DNA of 64,000 nucleotides from Planctomycetota bacterium. Lineage in GTDB: Bacteria > Planctomycetota > Planctomycetia > Pirellulales > UBA1268. The notes under the pieces are model-generated. The model searched no databases. It saw nothing but the letters and a program-made list of their open reading frames with translations, and was not told where the DNA came from. Positions 1-10,576 of the stretch are shown piece by piece. The stretch spans positions 65,507-129,506 of the forward strand of contig JAPOIM010000002.1 in the NCBI GenBank assembly GCA_029978905.1. Reading direction: 5' to 3'. The position numbers were made by a program, and so were the translations under genes. Positions within the stretch are counted from its first letter, which is position 1; each line of letters starts with the position of its first letter.

Positions 1-1429
1 TCTCCGAAAGAGCCCACGGCCATTCCAGCGGCGTGTGAAAGATGTTGCCCCCGGGAATCGCGAGCGTCTGCTCGAGGTCCACAGTGGTGTTGATTTCCAA
101 ACACTCGCGACCGTCAGGCATCCGCAAGATGCAGTCCGCGATCGGCTCGCCAAGCACGGAGTCGAGCGTCTGCAACACGGCGGCCCGCAGTTCGGCACGG
201 GTTGGTGGTGAGGCCGACGTAAAGAGGGCGTGCGGCGTGTGCAGCACAAACATGGTGAGCGTATGCACGCCTGCCGCGTGCAACGCGGGCCCAAGGATCG
301 TGGGGTCGGAGAGCGAGTGGCAGTAGATCTCCGCAGGCAACGGATGGGGGAGACTTCCTGCCCGGGCCTGCTCGTAGGCGTGCTGCAGCTGGCTCGCCGT
401 TTCGTTGACATGGAAGGTGCCGCAAAACGCTTGGTCGATCGACGTGTGGCGGTCACGCAGCCGCGGCAGCCTCTGCAGCAGCATGTTGACTTTGAGCTGC
501 GCGCCGGCGTTGCCAGCGGTCACTGGCTCAACCGGGAGCCCACGCAGGCGTGCCAACGTGGCTGGCGTGCAGTTGGCGAGCACATAGCGGGCCTGGATCT
601 GCTGGTGCTGACCATCGATCTCCACCTGCACGCCCGCCCCCGCCGCGTCGGCATCGATGCGGCCCACCGTCGCCGCCGTGATCAGGCGGGCTCCAAAGTC
701 GGTCGCTCGCGCCGCCAGCTGGCCGGTGAGCGCTCCCATCCCGCCGACGGGCAGGTCCCAGTCTCCGGTGCCATTCCCGATCACGTGGTAGAGAAAGCAG
801 ATGTTCTGCCGCAGCGACACATCGTGGGCCTCGGCAAACGTGCCGATCAACGCGTCGGTGAGCACGACACCCCGCGTGAGGTCGCTGCAAAACGACCGCT
901 CAATTACCTCACCGATCGGACGCTCCACAAAGTCGCGCCAGTCGTCGTCGGCGCACAGCCGCCGCATGTCGGCCGCCGACCGGAGAGGTTCGGTCAGCGT
1001 GGGGAAGATGGCACGGGCAATTCGGGTCGTGCGTTCGTAAAACGCTCGCCATCGTTCGGCCTCCCCGCGATCTCCCGTCGCCCTGAGAAACTGCACCCCC
1101 AGTGCGTCGGGATCCCTGACCACCGCCAACCCCTTCGAGGGATCGTCTGGGCAGGGTGTGTACGACGAGACGGCTCGCCGCACGAGGGGCACTCGAAGCC
1201 CGAGGTCGTCCATCAGCCAGCGGGGCATCAGCGACACGAGGTAGGCGTATTTCGAGAGCCGAGCCGGCACGCCCGAAAACACCTCTGCCGACACCGCCGC
1301 GCCCCCGACACCGCGGCGGCGTTCCAACACCACCACATCGAGCCCCGCCCGCGCGAGCACACAGGCGGCCACGAGACCGTTGTGCCCTCCGCCAACAATC
1401 ACGACGTCAGCCTGCGTTGGAGTCGCCAT
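1..1429 (-). CDS. Phytoene desaturase-like NAD(P)/FAD-dependent oxidoreductase (3' end runs off window)
   Basis: Not in the ORF track because it has no stop in the window. Read by hand from ATG at 1429: MATPTQADVVIVGGGHNGLVAACVLARAGLDVVVLER (Rossmann GxGxxG). Near the window edge the frame reads EIYCHSLSDPTIL...PGGNIFH, typical of this family. Confidence 0.85.
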   Translation of the reverse strand, partial: MATPTQADVVIVGGGHNGLVAACVLARAGLDVVVLERRRGVGGAAVSAEVFSGVPARLSKYAYLVSLMPRWLMDDLGLRVPLVRRAVSSYTPCPDDPSKGLAVVRDPDALGVQFLRATGDRGEAERWRAFYERTTRIARAIFPTLTEPLRSAADMRRLCADDDWRDFVERPIGEVIERSFCSDLTRGVVLTDALIGTFAEAHDVSLRQNICFLYHVIGNGTGDWDLPVGGMGALTGQLAARATDFGARLITAATVGRIDADAAGAGVQVEIDGQHQQIQARYVLANCTPATLARLRGLPVEPVTAGNAGAQLKVNMLLQRLPRLRDRHTSIDQAFCGTFHVNETASQLQHAYEQARAGSLPHPLPAEIYCHSLSDPTILGPALHAAGVHTLTMFVLHTPHALFTSASPPTRAELRAAVLQTLDSVLGEPIADCILRMPDGRECLEINTTVDLEQTLAIPGGNIFHTPLEWPWALSE

Positions 1430-1612
1430 CTGCCCTCACACCTTTCACGCTCACGAGCCCCAGGGGGCGAAGGGGCAAGATACCACCCCGCCTCTGCCGG
1501 CAGCGGCAACCGCCGCGGAGAAGCCCATCCATCGTGAAACGGGCCCTCTCACCGGAACCACGCTCTCCCTCACGCTGTTTTGTAGACTGGATGGCGGTCC
1601 TGGAGGGGTGCG

Positions 1613-3913
1613 ATGGGGCGGAAAGACACAACAACCGGAGGAAGGCTCGCGTGGCGACACATCGTGGCCGCGGTATGTCTTGCGGCCAGTGCAGTGAGGA
1701 TGCCAGCCGCCCTGAGCGATGATCCCTCGCCGCCGCCGCACGTCGACTTCTCGCGTGACATCCAGCCACTGCTCGCCAAGCACTGCCTCCTCTGCCACGG
1801 ACAGGATGCAGCCCAAGGAGGTCTGCGCCTGCACACCGAAGCGGCGGCCACGGCCGAGCTCGATTCAGGAGCCCGCGGCATCGTGCCGGGAAGCCCAGAG
1901 GCGAGCGAACTTCTCGCCCGCGTGAGGTCGCACGATCCGCTCCAGCAGATGCCGCCGGAGGGAGAGCGGCTGACCGCAGCCGAGATAGCACGCCTGGAAG
2001 CCTGGATCGCCGCAGGCGCCCCCTGGGACCAGCACTGGGCCTACCAGCCACTCCAGGCTCCCACGCCGCCAGAAGTGATTGGCCCCACGGCCGGGGTCGA
2101 CCGGCTGACCGACATCGACCGCTTCGTGCGGGCGAACCTCGCCAAACAGGGCATCGAACCCTCGCGTGCAGCGGATCGCCCCACGCTCATCCGGCGGCTC
2201 TCATACGACTTGATCGGCCTGCCGCCTGAGACGGCTGACGTTGATGCGTTTGTGGCCGACGCATCCCCAGAAGCCTACGAGCAGCTTGTCGACAGTCTGC
2301 TGGCCTCGCCCCACTTTGGTGAACGCTGGGGCCGTCATTGGCTCGACATGGCCCGCTTCGCCGACTCCGACGGCTACGAAAAAGACAACCATCGCCCCGA
2401 CGCGTGGCGGTATCGCGACTGGGTGATCGAGGCAATCAACCGCGACCTGCCGTTCGACCAGTTCACGATCGAACAGCTCGCTGGCGACCTCCTGCCCGAC
2501 GCGACTCCCCAGCAGCTCCTCGCCACCGCCTTCCATCGGCAAACACTGACCAACACCGAAGGGGGCGTCGACCGCGAACAATTTCGTGTGGCCGCCGTGA
2601 TGGACCGCACGGAAACCCTCGGCACCGTGTGGCTGGGCCTGAGCGTGGGCTGCGCGCGATGCCACTCGCACAAGTACGACCAGATCACGCACCGCGAGTA
2701 TTACGAGCTCTACGCCTTCTTTAACAATGCCGACGAGGTCGACGCACCGTTCCCCGCCGACGCGTCTGCACCGCCCGCCTTAGCCGAAGACACCACAGCC
2801 GACGCCGGCGACGATGCCCCCAAGACGGTCCCGGTCCGCGTGGTACGGGAACGCCAGGAAGACCTGCGTGCGACGCACATCCTCCGTCGCGGTGAGTTTA
2901 AGCAGCCGCTCGATGAGGTGACCGCAGGCACGCTGACCACGCTCCCACCAGTGCAGCCCCGCGACGGCCGCGAGGAGCCCGATCGGCTCGATCTCGCGCG
3001 ATGGCTCGTCGACGGCACCAACCCCCTCGTGCCACGCGTGGCAGCCAACCACATCTGGAAGCACCTCTTTGGCGAGGGCCTCGTCGCCACCATGAACGAC
3101 TTCGGGGTCCGTGGAGATCCGCCATCGCACCCCGCGCTCCTCGACCACCTGGCCTCACGACTGATTACCCTCGGATGGTCACGGAAGGCGCTGATCAAAG
3201 AGATCGTGATGTCGGCCACCTACCAGCAGTCGTCTCGGCACCGGCCTGAACTCGCCGAAGTCGATGCCACCAATCGGCTGCTCCACCGGCAGAACCGCTT
3301 CCGGGTGGAAGCGGAGATCGTCCGCGACATCAGCCTCGCCGCCGCGGGCCTGCTCTCCCCAACGGTTGGCGGTCCAAGCGTGTTTCCGCCGATTCCTGCA
3401 GGCGTGACCGACCTGACCTACAACAGCAGCTTCACCTGGAAAACCAGCCAAGGCGACGACCGCTACCGGCGCGGGCTCTACACCTACTTCAAGCGGACCG
3501 CCCCCCACCCCAACCTGATCACCTTCGACTGCCCCGACTCCAACGTCAGCAACGTCGCCCGTGATCGCAGCAACACCCCCATCGCCGCGCTCGTCACGCT
3601 CAACAACGCCACCTTTGTGGAGGCCGCCCAGGCGCTCGCTCGGCGAACCCTCGCGGAACCGGATCTCGACGACACGGCGAGGCTGCAGTTCGCCCTGCGA
3701 CGCTGCATCGCGAGAGTGCCAACGCCCGAGGAACTCGCGGACTTTGCATCCCTCCTCACCACGAGCCGCACCTGGTTTGCCGCACACCCGAGCGAAGCCG
3801 AAGCGCTGAGTGGCGCGGCCCCGGCCCTCGACACGGAGCCTGCGGAAAACGCTGCCTGGATCACCGTGGTGCGGGTCATGCTCAATCTGGACGAGTTCCT
3901 CACCCGCGACTAG
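1613..3913 (+). CDS. PSD1 and planctomycete cytochrome c domain protein (PSCyt1/DUF1549/DUF1553)
   Basis: Signal-like N-terminus; two heme motifs (CLLCH, CARCH); DUF1549 motifs FGERWGRHWLD and TLGTVWLGLSVGCARCHSHKYD; DUF1553 motif RFRVEAEIVRD; GGAGG just upstream. Confidence 0.93.
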   Translation: MGRKDTTTGGRLAWRHIVAAVCLAASAVRMPAALSDDPSPPPHVDFSRDIQPLLAKHCLLCHGQDAAQGGLRLHTEAAATAELDSGARGIVPGSPEASELLARVRSHDPLQQMPPEGERLTAAEIARLEAWIAAGAPWDQHWAYQPLQAPTPPEVIGPTAGVDRLTDIDRFVRANLAKQGIEPSRAADRPTLIRRLSYDLIGLPPETADVDAFVADASPEAYEQLVDSLLASPHFGERWGRHWLDMARFADSDGYEKDNHRPDAWRYRDWVIEAINRDLPFDQFTIEQLAGDLLPDATPQQLLATAFHRQTLTNTEGGVDREQFRVAAVMDRTETLGTVWLGLSVGCARCHSHKYDQITHREYYELYAFFNNADEVDAPFPADASAPPALAEDTTADAGDDAPKTVPVRVVRERQEDLRATHILRRGEFKQPLDEVTAGTLTTLPPVQPRDGREEPDRLDLARWLVDGTNPLVPRVAANHIWKHLFGEGLVATMNDFGVRGDPPSHPALLDHLASRLITLGWSRKALIKEIVMSATYQQSSRHRPELAEVDATNRLLHRQNRFRVEAEIVRDISLAAAGLLSPTVGGPSVFPPIPAGVTDLTYNSSFTWKTSQGDDRYRRGLYTYFKRTAPHPNLITFDCPDSNVSNVARDRSNTPIAALVTLNNATFVEAAQALARRTLAEPDLDDTARLQFALRRCIARVPTPEELADFASLLTTSRTWFAAHPSEAEALSGAAPALDTEPAENAAWITVVRVMLNLDEFLTRD

Positions 3914-3928
3914 CACGAGCGATTGCCG

Positions 3929-5419
3929 ATGTCCGTCCTTCGAAATCATCTCTGCCGCACCCGCCGCGAGTTTTTCACCACTTCCGCCAGTGGGCTCGGC
4001 GGCATGGCCCTCGGTGCCATGCTCTCCGACGATGGCGTGCTCCGCGCGGACGACGCGATTGATGGCCCCGCCTCCCCTGGCACCGTGCGACCGCCTCACT
4101 TTGAACCCAAGGCCAAGGCCTGCATCTTCATCTTCATGGCCGGCGCGCCATCGCAGCTTGATCTCTTCACACCCAAGCCAAAGCTCAACGAACTCCACGG
4201 TCAAAAGCTCCCGCAGTCGATCCTCGACTCTGCCCGCTTTGCCTTCATCCAGCCCGACACCGCAACGCTGCTCGGTTCGCCAAGGACATTCACAAAGCAC
4301 GGCGAGTGCGGGATGGAGTTTTCCGACTGGCTGCCCCATCTCGGCAGCGTGGCCGACGACCTCCTGATGGTTCGCAGCGTGCACAGCGATGAGTTCAATC
4401 ACCACCCAGGCCAACTGCTGATGCAGTGCGGCGTGTCTCGCTTTGGGATGCCGACGATGGGCTCCTGGCTGACCTACGGCCTGGGCAGTGAATCAAAGGA
4501 TCTTCCCGGCTACGTCGTGCTCACCGCTGGCCGTGGAAGCAGCGGCGGTGCCACGCTCTACCAGAGCGGGTTTCTGCCTTCGAGCTACGGTGGCGTGTTG
4601 TTCCGCAACCAAGGGGAGCCCGTCCTCAACCTCGCCAACCCAGCTGGCCTGCCGCCAGAGTTGCAGCGTGCGGGGCTCGATGTGCTCGCCCGCGCCAACA
4701 ACCGGCGGTACCAGGAGGTCCACGATCCAGAGATCGCCAGCAGAATTGCCAACTACGAACTCGCCAACCGGATGCAAACCGCGGCTCCCGAACTGACCGA
4801 TCTCTCCCAGGAGTCGGCGAAGACACTCGCCATGTATGGCGTGAACCGCCCCGAGCCTGAAAAGGTGTGGCGCGGGTCGCTCGGTCACCTCCGCACCTAC
4901 GACACGTTTGCCCGCAACTGCCTCCTCGCCCGGCGGCTCGTGGAACGGGGCGTGCGGTTTATCAACATCATCCACGCCTCGTGGGATCAGCACAGCGACC
5001 TCGACTTCAATCTCTTTCACAACGCGGAGTGTGTGGACCAGCCGATCGCTGCCCTGATCAAAGACCTCAAGCAGCGAGGGCTGCTCGACTCCACCATGGT
5101 GGTCTGGGGGAGCGAGTTCGGCCGCACGCCGCTGGGCGAGAACCGCAAAGGACGCGATGCCAACACCGGGCGCGACCACCACCCCTTCGCCTACACCATG
5201 CTCATGGCTGGTGGCGGTCTCAAGGGAGGCATGACCTATGGCTCCACCGACGACATCGGCTGGCACATCGAAGACAAGCCGGTGCACGCCAATGATCTCC
5301 ATGCGACGATGCTGCACCAGTTCGGGCTCGACCACCTGCGCCTGACGTACCGCTTCCAAGGCCGCGACTTCCGCCTGACCGATGTGGCTGGCAGGGTGAT
5401 CTCAGAGTGGATCGCCTGA
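3929..5419 (+). CDS. DUF1501 domain protein (Tat-like signal)
   Basis: RREFF twin-Arg-like leader; FIFMAGAPSQLDLF; WDQH; WGSEFGRTP; GRDHHP. Directly follows the PSD1 gene, the usual planctomycete pairing. Confidence 0.93.
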   Translation: MSVLRNHLCRTRREFFTTSASGLGGMALGAMLSDDGVLRADDAIDGPASPGTVRPPHFEPKAKACIFIFMAGAPSQLDLFTPKPKLNELHGQKLPQSILDSARFAFIQPDTATLLGSPRTFTKHGECGMEFSDWLPHLGSVADDLLMVRSVHSDEFNHHPGQLLMQCGVSRFGMPTMGSWLTYGLGSESKDLPGYVVLTAGRGSSGGATLYQSGFLPSSYGGVLFRNQGEPVLNLANPAGLPPELQRAGLDVLARANNRRYQEVHDPEIASRIANYELANRMQTAAPELTDLSQESAKTLAMYGVNRPEPEKVWRGSLGHLRTYDTFARNCLLARRLVERGVRFINIIHASWDQHSDLDFNLFHNAECVDQPIAALIKDLKQRGLLDSTMVVWGSEFGRTPLGENRKGRDANTGRDHHPFAYTMLMAGGGLKGGMTYGSTDDIGWHIEDKPVHANDLHATMLHQFGLDHLRLTYRFQGRDFRLTDVAGRVISEWIA

Positions 5420-8008
5420 GGCACGCGCCAGCGGCACGATCCGCACAGGCCCCAGCAGCCCCGACGGTTTCAGTGGCCACGCCGACGCATCAAACCGCTG
5501 ATAGTGCACATCCACGAAGTTGATTTCGTGGAAGTTCTTCCAGGCCACGCCCTGCTTGTCGAGATCGCGAATCCGGTTGGCCGCGAGGTTGGTGACTTCG
5601 ATCACCAAGTGATTCCGACCAGCCTGCACACGCCCGTCGAGCCGACAGGAGAACGGCAGGCTCCAGACGCAGTCGATCTCGTGGCCATTGAGCTGCACAC
5701 GCGCCACTTCGCGAACATCGCCAAGGTCGAGCCGCCAGTCGTCCGCGCTGTCGAGCATCGCCTGATCGACGTCAAACGCCACTGCATACGCGGCCGTGCC
5801 TGCGAAGCGTTCCCACTCCCCGCCCTGTTCCGTCCACGAGCCAAGTTGCTCAGCGGTGAAGGGCGGGGGCAGCAGTGGCCCGCCGGCGAGTGCGGTGACC
5901 TGCCACGGACCATCAAGGGCCACTGTTCGCTCACCCACAGGCACGGCGTAGGGCCAGGCAGTCACCAGGGCAGCTGCCGCAGCGTGGGAGCGGACAAAGA
6001 TCGACTCGCCTGGCTCGAGCTGCAGCCGCACTGCTGTCTGGCCTGCTGTCTGTCGCACCGCTGCGCGGCCGACCTGCCCTGTGCGGGGATCCATCACCAC
6101 CGCCGCAGCCGCCGGCGTGGCCATACCCACCCAGTCATCCACGGCTTCCGCGCGGTGATTGACGAAGAAGTAGAGCGTGTCGTCGCCGAGCCGCCGACGC
6201 AGCACGCCGAGCCCTCGTGCGGCTGCAGGCTCGCGGCGGGCAATGCCGAAGGCCATCACGCCCTTGGCATCATCCACGAGCACCAGCTTTCCCCCACCAA
6301 CCAACGCGGTCCGTCCATCACCCTCCTCTTGCCACGCAAGCCTCGCGGTCTGCTGCTTGAAAGCAGCCCGCCGCTCATCGAGCCTTCCCCAGCCCGGTAC
6401 ATCGTTGGGCACCCGCCCCACGAAGATCACCGTCCCGCCGGCTGCGGCATGATCGAGCAACCGCTGCAGCGTCTCCGCGGGCAGCAACCTACAGGGAGGC
6501 ACCACCACCGCCCGGTAGCGGCCCGCTTCGCTGAGCAGGGCATCGGAACAGAAGTCAAACGAAAGCCCCGCGTCGATGAGCGACTGGGCGAGCCGGCCAC
6601 TTTCGGCCTCGGTCAGCCAGTCGGCCTCGTGCATCGAGAATGCGCGCTGCCATCCGTCGACGGTGTGCAACAGGTCGTGGATCGGCCAGTAGACGAGCAG
6701 GTCGTTGTCGGGCTCGCTTGCCTGAAGCAGCGATTGAGCCCGCGCGATGTAGGCGTTGACCTCCGCGAACTCTCGCCACAGCGGATTGCGGTCGTTGGCC
6801 TGCGTGGACGCGTAAAACAGCCACCCCGGCCACGCGGCATCCTCCGGCGAATACGCGGTACCGTGATAGAAGATGTGGTTGATCCCCGCGAGAAAGAGCT
6901 GGTCGATCTCGGGCTTCATCTGCGAGGGAGCCCCGCGAAAGTGCTCCCGCATCCAGGTAAACGTCTCGGACGAGACAAGCCGCTTGCCCGCGAGATGGGC
7001 AGCCGACGACGCCAGCCGAGTCACGAGCGGCTGCGGCAGGTTCTTTCCGACCTCCGCCTCCTCGCGTCGCAGACCAGGGATCACAAATCGGCTCGCCCCA
7101 AACACCTCAGTCTCTGGAATGTCCGAGATGGCATAGAGATCGATCAGGTTGGCAGGAGCCCCGTGGGCCTGTTCCCGGGCGAGGCATCCCTGACCGTGCG
7201 CCCACGTCACCCACGCTTTCACGTAGTCCATGTGCAGGCTGGCCAGCGTTGCCCGATAGTCGGCCTTCACGCGGGCAATCGTCTCAGGATCACCCCGGCC
7301 CTCGAGAGCATCGAGCTGCGACGCAAGTTCGTAGCCGTGCATGGCATGAAAGGCCTCGGGCACCTCATGTGCCCAGTTGGCCTGATACTCAAACGAATCG
7401 TGAAACTGGCTCCTGAGGCTCGCGGGCGGCAGCTGACTGAGCGCGTCGCTGAACGGATGCAGGTATCGCTCCAGGGCCGCAGTGGAATACGGATTGACCA
7501 CAAACCCCGCCCCGCCGGGTGCGGCCCGCTTCACCTTGAACCCGGTGGGATGGGGTGCGAATCGCCCATCCTTCCCAGCAATTCGAAGTTCCACATCGTC
7601 CGGTCCAACCTGTGGCCCACCAAAGGGCCAGCCGGTTCCCGTGGCCATGTCCACACCGAGCCCAAGGCGTTTGGCCTCCTGGCAGGTGACCTTGAGAGCC
7701 TGCATGTAGTCAGCGGAGAGAAACGAAAGGAAGCGATCCTCCGCGCCCCGCGCTCCGTAGATCGGCGTGATCTCCACACCCCCGAAGCCGGCGTCCGCGA
7801 GCGAGGCAAGTTCTTGCGTGAGTCCGGCTTCATCGACGGCACTTCCCAGCCACCACCACCGCGTCCACGGCTTGGCTTCCAGCGTCACCGCCGGCCAGAG
7901 ATCCGCAGCCTCGTCACCCAAACTCTGAGCCCCCGCCACAACGCACGCGATCGCGACGAGGCAGCCAAGCCCTCGAGACACACCTATGGTTCTCCGGCGC
8001 CTGTTCAT
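5402..8008 (-). CDS. Glycoside hydrolase family 106-like (putative alpha-L-rhamnosidase)
   Basis: Signal peptide; KPWTRWWWLG; GFGGVEITPIYG; SQFHDSFE; SSETFTW; GINHIFYHG; C-terminal beta-sandwich ending PSGLLGPV. Confidence 0.82.
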   Translation of the reverse strand: MNRRRRTIGVSRGLGCLVAIACVVAGAQSLGDEAADLWPAVTLEAKPWTRWWWLGSAVDEAGLTQELASLADAGFGGVEITPIYGARGAEDRFLSFLSADYMQALKVTCQEAKRLGLGVDMATGTGWPFGGPQVGPDDVELRIAGKDGRFAPHPTGFKVKRAAPGGAGFVVNPYSTAALERYLHPFSDALSQLPPASLRSQFHDSFEYQANWAHEVPEAFHAMHGYELASQLDALEGRGDPETIARVKADYRATLASLHMDYVKAWVTWAHGQGCLAREQAHGAPANLIDLYAISDIPETEVFGASRFVIPGLRREEAEVGKNLPQPLVTRLASSAAHLAGKRLVSSETFTWMREHFRGAPSQMKPEIDQLFLAGINHIFYHGTAYSPEDAAWPGWLFYASTQANDRNPLWREFAEVNAYIARAQSLLQASEPDNDLLVYWPIHDLLHTVDGWQRAFSMHEADWLTEAESGRLAQSLIDAGLSFDFCSDALLSEAGRYRAVVVPPCRLLPAETLQRLLDHAAAGGTVIFVGRVPNDVPGWGRLDERRAAFKQQTARLAWQEEGDGRTALVGGGKLVLVDDAKGVMAFGIARREPAAARGLGVLRRRLGDDTLYFFVNHRAEAVDDWVGMATPAAAAVVMDPRTGQVGRAAVRQTAGQTAVRLQLEPGESIFVRSHAAAAALVTAWPYAVPVGERTVALDGPWQVTALAGGPLLPPPFTAEQLGSWTEQGGEWERFAGTAAYAVAFDVDQAMLDSADDWRLDLGDVREVARVQLNGHEIDCVWSLPFSCRLDGRVQAGRNHLVIEVTNLAANRIRDLDKQGVAWKNFHEINFVDVHYQRFDASAWPLKPSGLLGPVRIVPLARASGDPL

Positions 8009-10512
8009 TGAGCCTCTCCGTCATGCATGCCAACGGGGGTGAGCGTGAGGGAGTGAATGGCCTTCCCGGGCAGAAATGGTGTTGGCTCCCCTTTGGCCCA
8101 TGCCTGGTGGCCATCCCCATAGTGCGGCGAGAGCGGATGGCCCGACTGGCCTCCGGGCATGTGAAAGAAGCCTTCGTCTTCCCGCCCTGGTGACACCACC
8201 ATCCGCTGCGAGGCTCCGGCCCACGGCAGCTGCACCCGCGGCATGTTGGCATCCCCAGGCAACGACTGCGCCGGCATATCGAGCCACTGAGAGAGAAAGG
8301 GGATGGCCGCACCAAGTGGATGCTGCACCCGACTGACATTCCATTCACCCCACGTACGGCGTGAGAGAGGCCCAACGTGTGCAAGCGTTTCCAGGGTCGA
8401 ATCGAGTGCGGACACGAGCACCTCGGACCAACTTTCAAACCGCTCCGGGAGGAGATCCGTGGGTTGTTCGGTCACCAGCATCCACAGCGGTGTTTCAAAT
8501 CGCCGAAAGTCACGCAGGTAATCAAAGCGTGGATCTGCCTCGCGAAGTTCCGCAACGAGCGATTCGAAGGCGACGTTGGCCACCTCATACCGCCACTCGC
8601 GAACGATTCTGTAGCCAGCCGATTCGACTGAGGCCTTGCCGCCCCAGGCTTCCACAAGTTGCCGCGCCTCGGCACGCTGAGGGTTCGCCGCCACCACCTC
8701 TGGCGTCAGGGTTTCCAGTAACAGCGCTCGCCACCTCTCAAGAAACATCGCTCGGTCGTCGAGTTGGATGGCAAGCATGTCGGCAGGCGTAGCGTTATCA
8801 ATCTCGAGCAGTGCATCACGAATCTGCCCCTGACGGCCGCCCACATCTTGGCCATCATCGCCAATCACTGCGTGGCCCGAGACCGGCACCACGCGGGCGT
8901 TGGCCGACCAAAGTCGCCCCGACGTGGGATCGACCACGGTAGGCCGCTCATCTGCCGAGACCCAGCCGTCCCATGAGGCCGTCCCGTCGGCCCACGACAC
9001 GGGCGTGCTCCCATCAAAACCAACCCGCTTGGGGATGCGGCCGAGGATCGTCCAGGCGACACGACCATCGACATCCACGCAGAGCAGGTTTTGTTGGGGC
9101 ACACCAATCGTGTCGACGATTGCCAGCGCATCGTCGATCGACTGTGCTTCTTCAAAGCGGATCAGATTCAAGTTGGCCCCATCGGCTTCGTGCGCCGTCC
9201 ACCGCACCGCCCGCAGTCGCCCCGCGTGGTCGCGATCGATGACCGGCCCCCAGATCGTTTCGGCCACATCCAGGGTGACATCCTCGCCGCCAGCGACTTT
9301 GATCGTTTCCGGGTGATGGACGAAGTCTTGCCAGCCCGTCGGCGTCCGGTAGCGTTCCGAGTTGGCCGGATCCGTCTCCAGCACGACGAGATCGAGCCAG
9401 TCTCCTTCGCTGTTGGTAAACGTCCACGCGATTCGCCCGGTGCTTCCCGCCACGACACACGGTGCCCCCGGCAGCGTCACGCCCACCACACGTCGCTCAC
9501 CATCCTCGCCAGGCCACACCAAGGCCGCTCGATACCAAATACTTGGCACGCCAAGGCGAAGGTGCATGTCGCCGGCGAGCAACGCTCCTCCACCTGCCGT
9601 CTTGCTGCCAGCGACAGCCCAGTTGTTGCTGCCAAACACCACCTCGCGGGGCGCATGGGCATCCCGCAGCTGATCCCAATAACTCGCGGCGTGCTCAACC
9701 GCCCTAACCTGGTGATCCTGATCCGCACGCTGCCGACGCACGTTTACGGTGGTGGGTGCGGGCAGCGCCGTTGCCTCAAACGCAGGCCCGTCAAGCGGTG
9801 CATCCAGCGGTGAACCCGCGGGGAGCAGGAAGGCCACCTGATCCGCGGGGAGCAGGTCATGAATGAGACCGCGGGCGGACTCGTGTCCTCCACTTTCGTT
9901 TTGCAGGTCGAGAAACATGGCGTACACCGCGAGCAGGCTATCGGCAGGCTGCCATGGCTCGGGTGTCGCCTGGATTGCCAGGTACTCCGGTGGGGCTGCA
10001 GACAGGGCTGCAAGCCCAGCGTTGGCTCCGGCGGCATAGGCCACGAGCAGTTCCCGGTACGGCTCCGGAAGCTGGTCGACCGCCCTCTCTGCTCTGAAGC
10101 GGAAGCGGTGCAGCCGCGTTTCACGATCCAGGCCCACCGCGGCTCCCCCCACGAGGGCCGACAGTTCTCCTGCACTGCGTCGCCGCAGCAGGTCCATCTG
10201 AAAGAACCGGTCCTGGGCATGGACGTAGCCGAGCGCCCGGGCCGCATCCACGCGACTCTGTGCACGCACCGTGGGCACACCAAGCCCATCGCGATCAACG
10301 ATGACCTCGGCCGCCAAGCCAGGCAATGGGTGCCTGCCATCGAGGTGTGGCAGGCTCGCTCGCAGTTGCCACACCCCAAGGCCCACCACCGCCGCCAAGC
10401 ACCCGACCATCACGAGGCAGGCGATTGCTCCACGACGGCGCCATCGCCTCGCACGCGGCGGAGCGGTCAGGGTTTCTCCTTGCTCACGATCGATGTCTGG
10501 CTCTGTCATCAC
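8005..10512 (-). CDS. Penicillin acylase family Ntn-hydrolase (peptidase S45)
   Basis: N-terminal TM anchor; RDGLGVPTV; GYVHAQDRFFQMDLLRR; catalytic beta-chain start GSNNWAV; DMHL; C-terminal GGQSGHPLSPHY. Confidence 0.93.
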   Translation of the reverse strand: MMTEPDIDREQGETLTAPPRARRWRRRGAIACLVMVGCLAAVVGLGVWQLRASLPHLDGRHPLPGLAAEVIVDRDGLGVPTVRAQSRVDAARALGYVHAQDRFFQMDLLRRRSAGELSALVGGAAVGLDRETRLHRFRFRAERAVDQLPEPYRELLVAYAAGANAGLAALSAAPPEYLAIQATPEPWQPADSLLAVYAMFLDLQNESGGHESARGLIHDLLPADQVAFLLPAGSPLDAPLDGPAFEATALPAPTTVNVRRQRADQDHQVRAVEHAASYWDQLRDAHAPREVVFGSNNWAVAGSKTAGGGALLAGDMHLRLGVPSIWYRAALVWPGEDGERRVVGVTLPGAPCVVAGSTGRIAWTFTNSEGDWLDLVVLETDPANSERYRTPTGWQDFVHHPETIKVAGGEDVTLDVAETIWGPVIDRDHAGRLRAVRWTAHEADGANLNLIRFEEAQSIDDALAIVDTIGVPQQNLLCVDVDGRVAWTILGRIPKRVGFDGSTPVSWADGTASWDGWVSADERPTVVDPTSGRLWSANARVVPVSGHAVIGDDGQDVGGRQGQIRDALLEIDNATPADMLAIQLDDRAMFLERWRALLLETLTPEVVAANPQRAEARQLVEAWGGKASVESAGYRIVREWRYEVANVAFESLVAELREADPRFDYLRDFRRFETPLWMLVTEQPTDLLPERFESWSEVLVSALDSTLETLAHVGPLSRRTWGEWNVSRVQHPLGAAIPFLSQWLDMPAQSLPGDANMPRVQLPWAGASQRMVVSPGREDEGFFHMPGGQSGHPLSPHYGDGHQAWAKGEPTPFLPGKAIHSLTLTPVGMHDGEAQ

Positions 10513-10576
10513 GGGCTCCTCTGGCTGCCCAGAGTTTACCCGCTGCCCGTGGCTGAACCGAAGTGCTCAAGCCCCA

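Noticed and set aside
230-1537. 435-aa plus-strand ORF at the window start
   Set aside because: Shadow of the minus-strand phytoene-desaturase-like gene, which the track missed because its stop is outside the window.
5504-8011. 835-aa plus-strand ORF antisense to the GH106 gene
   Set aside because: No recognisable motifs; Arg/Pro/His-rich shadow frame typical of high-GC coding DNA. The minus frame carries the GH106 motifs.
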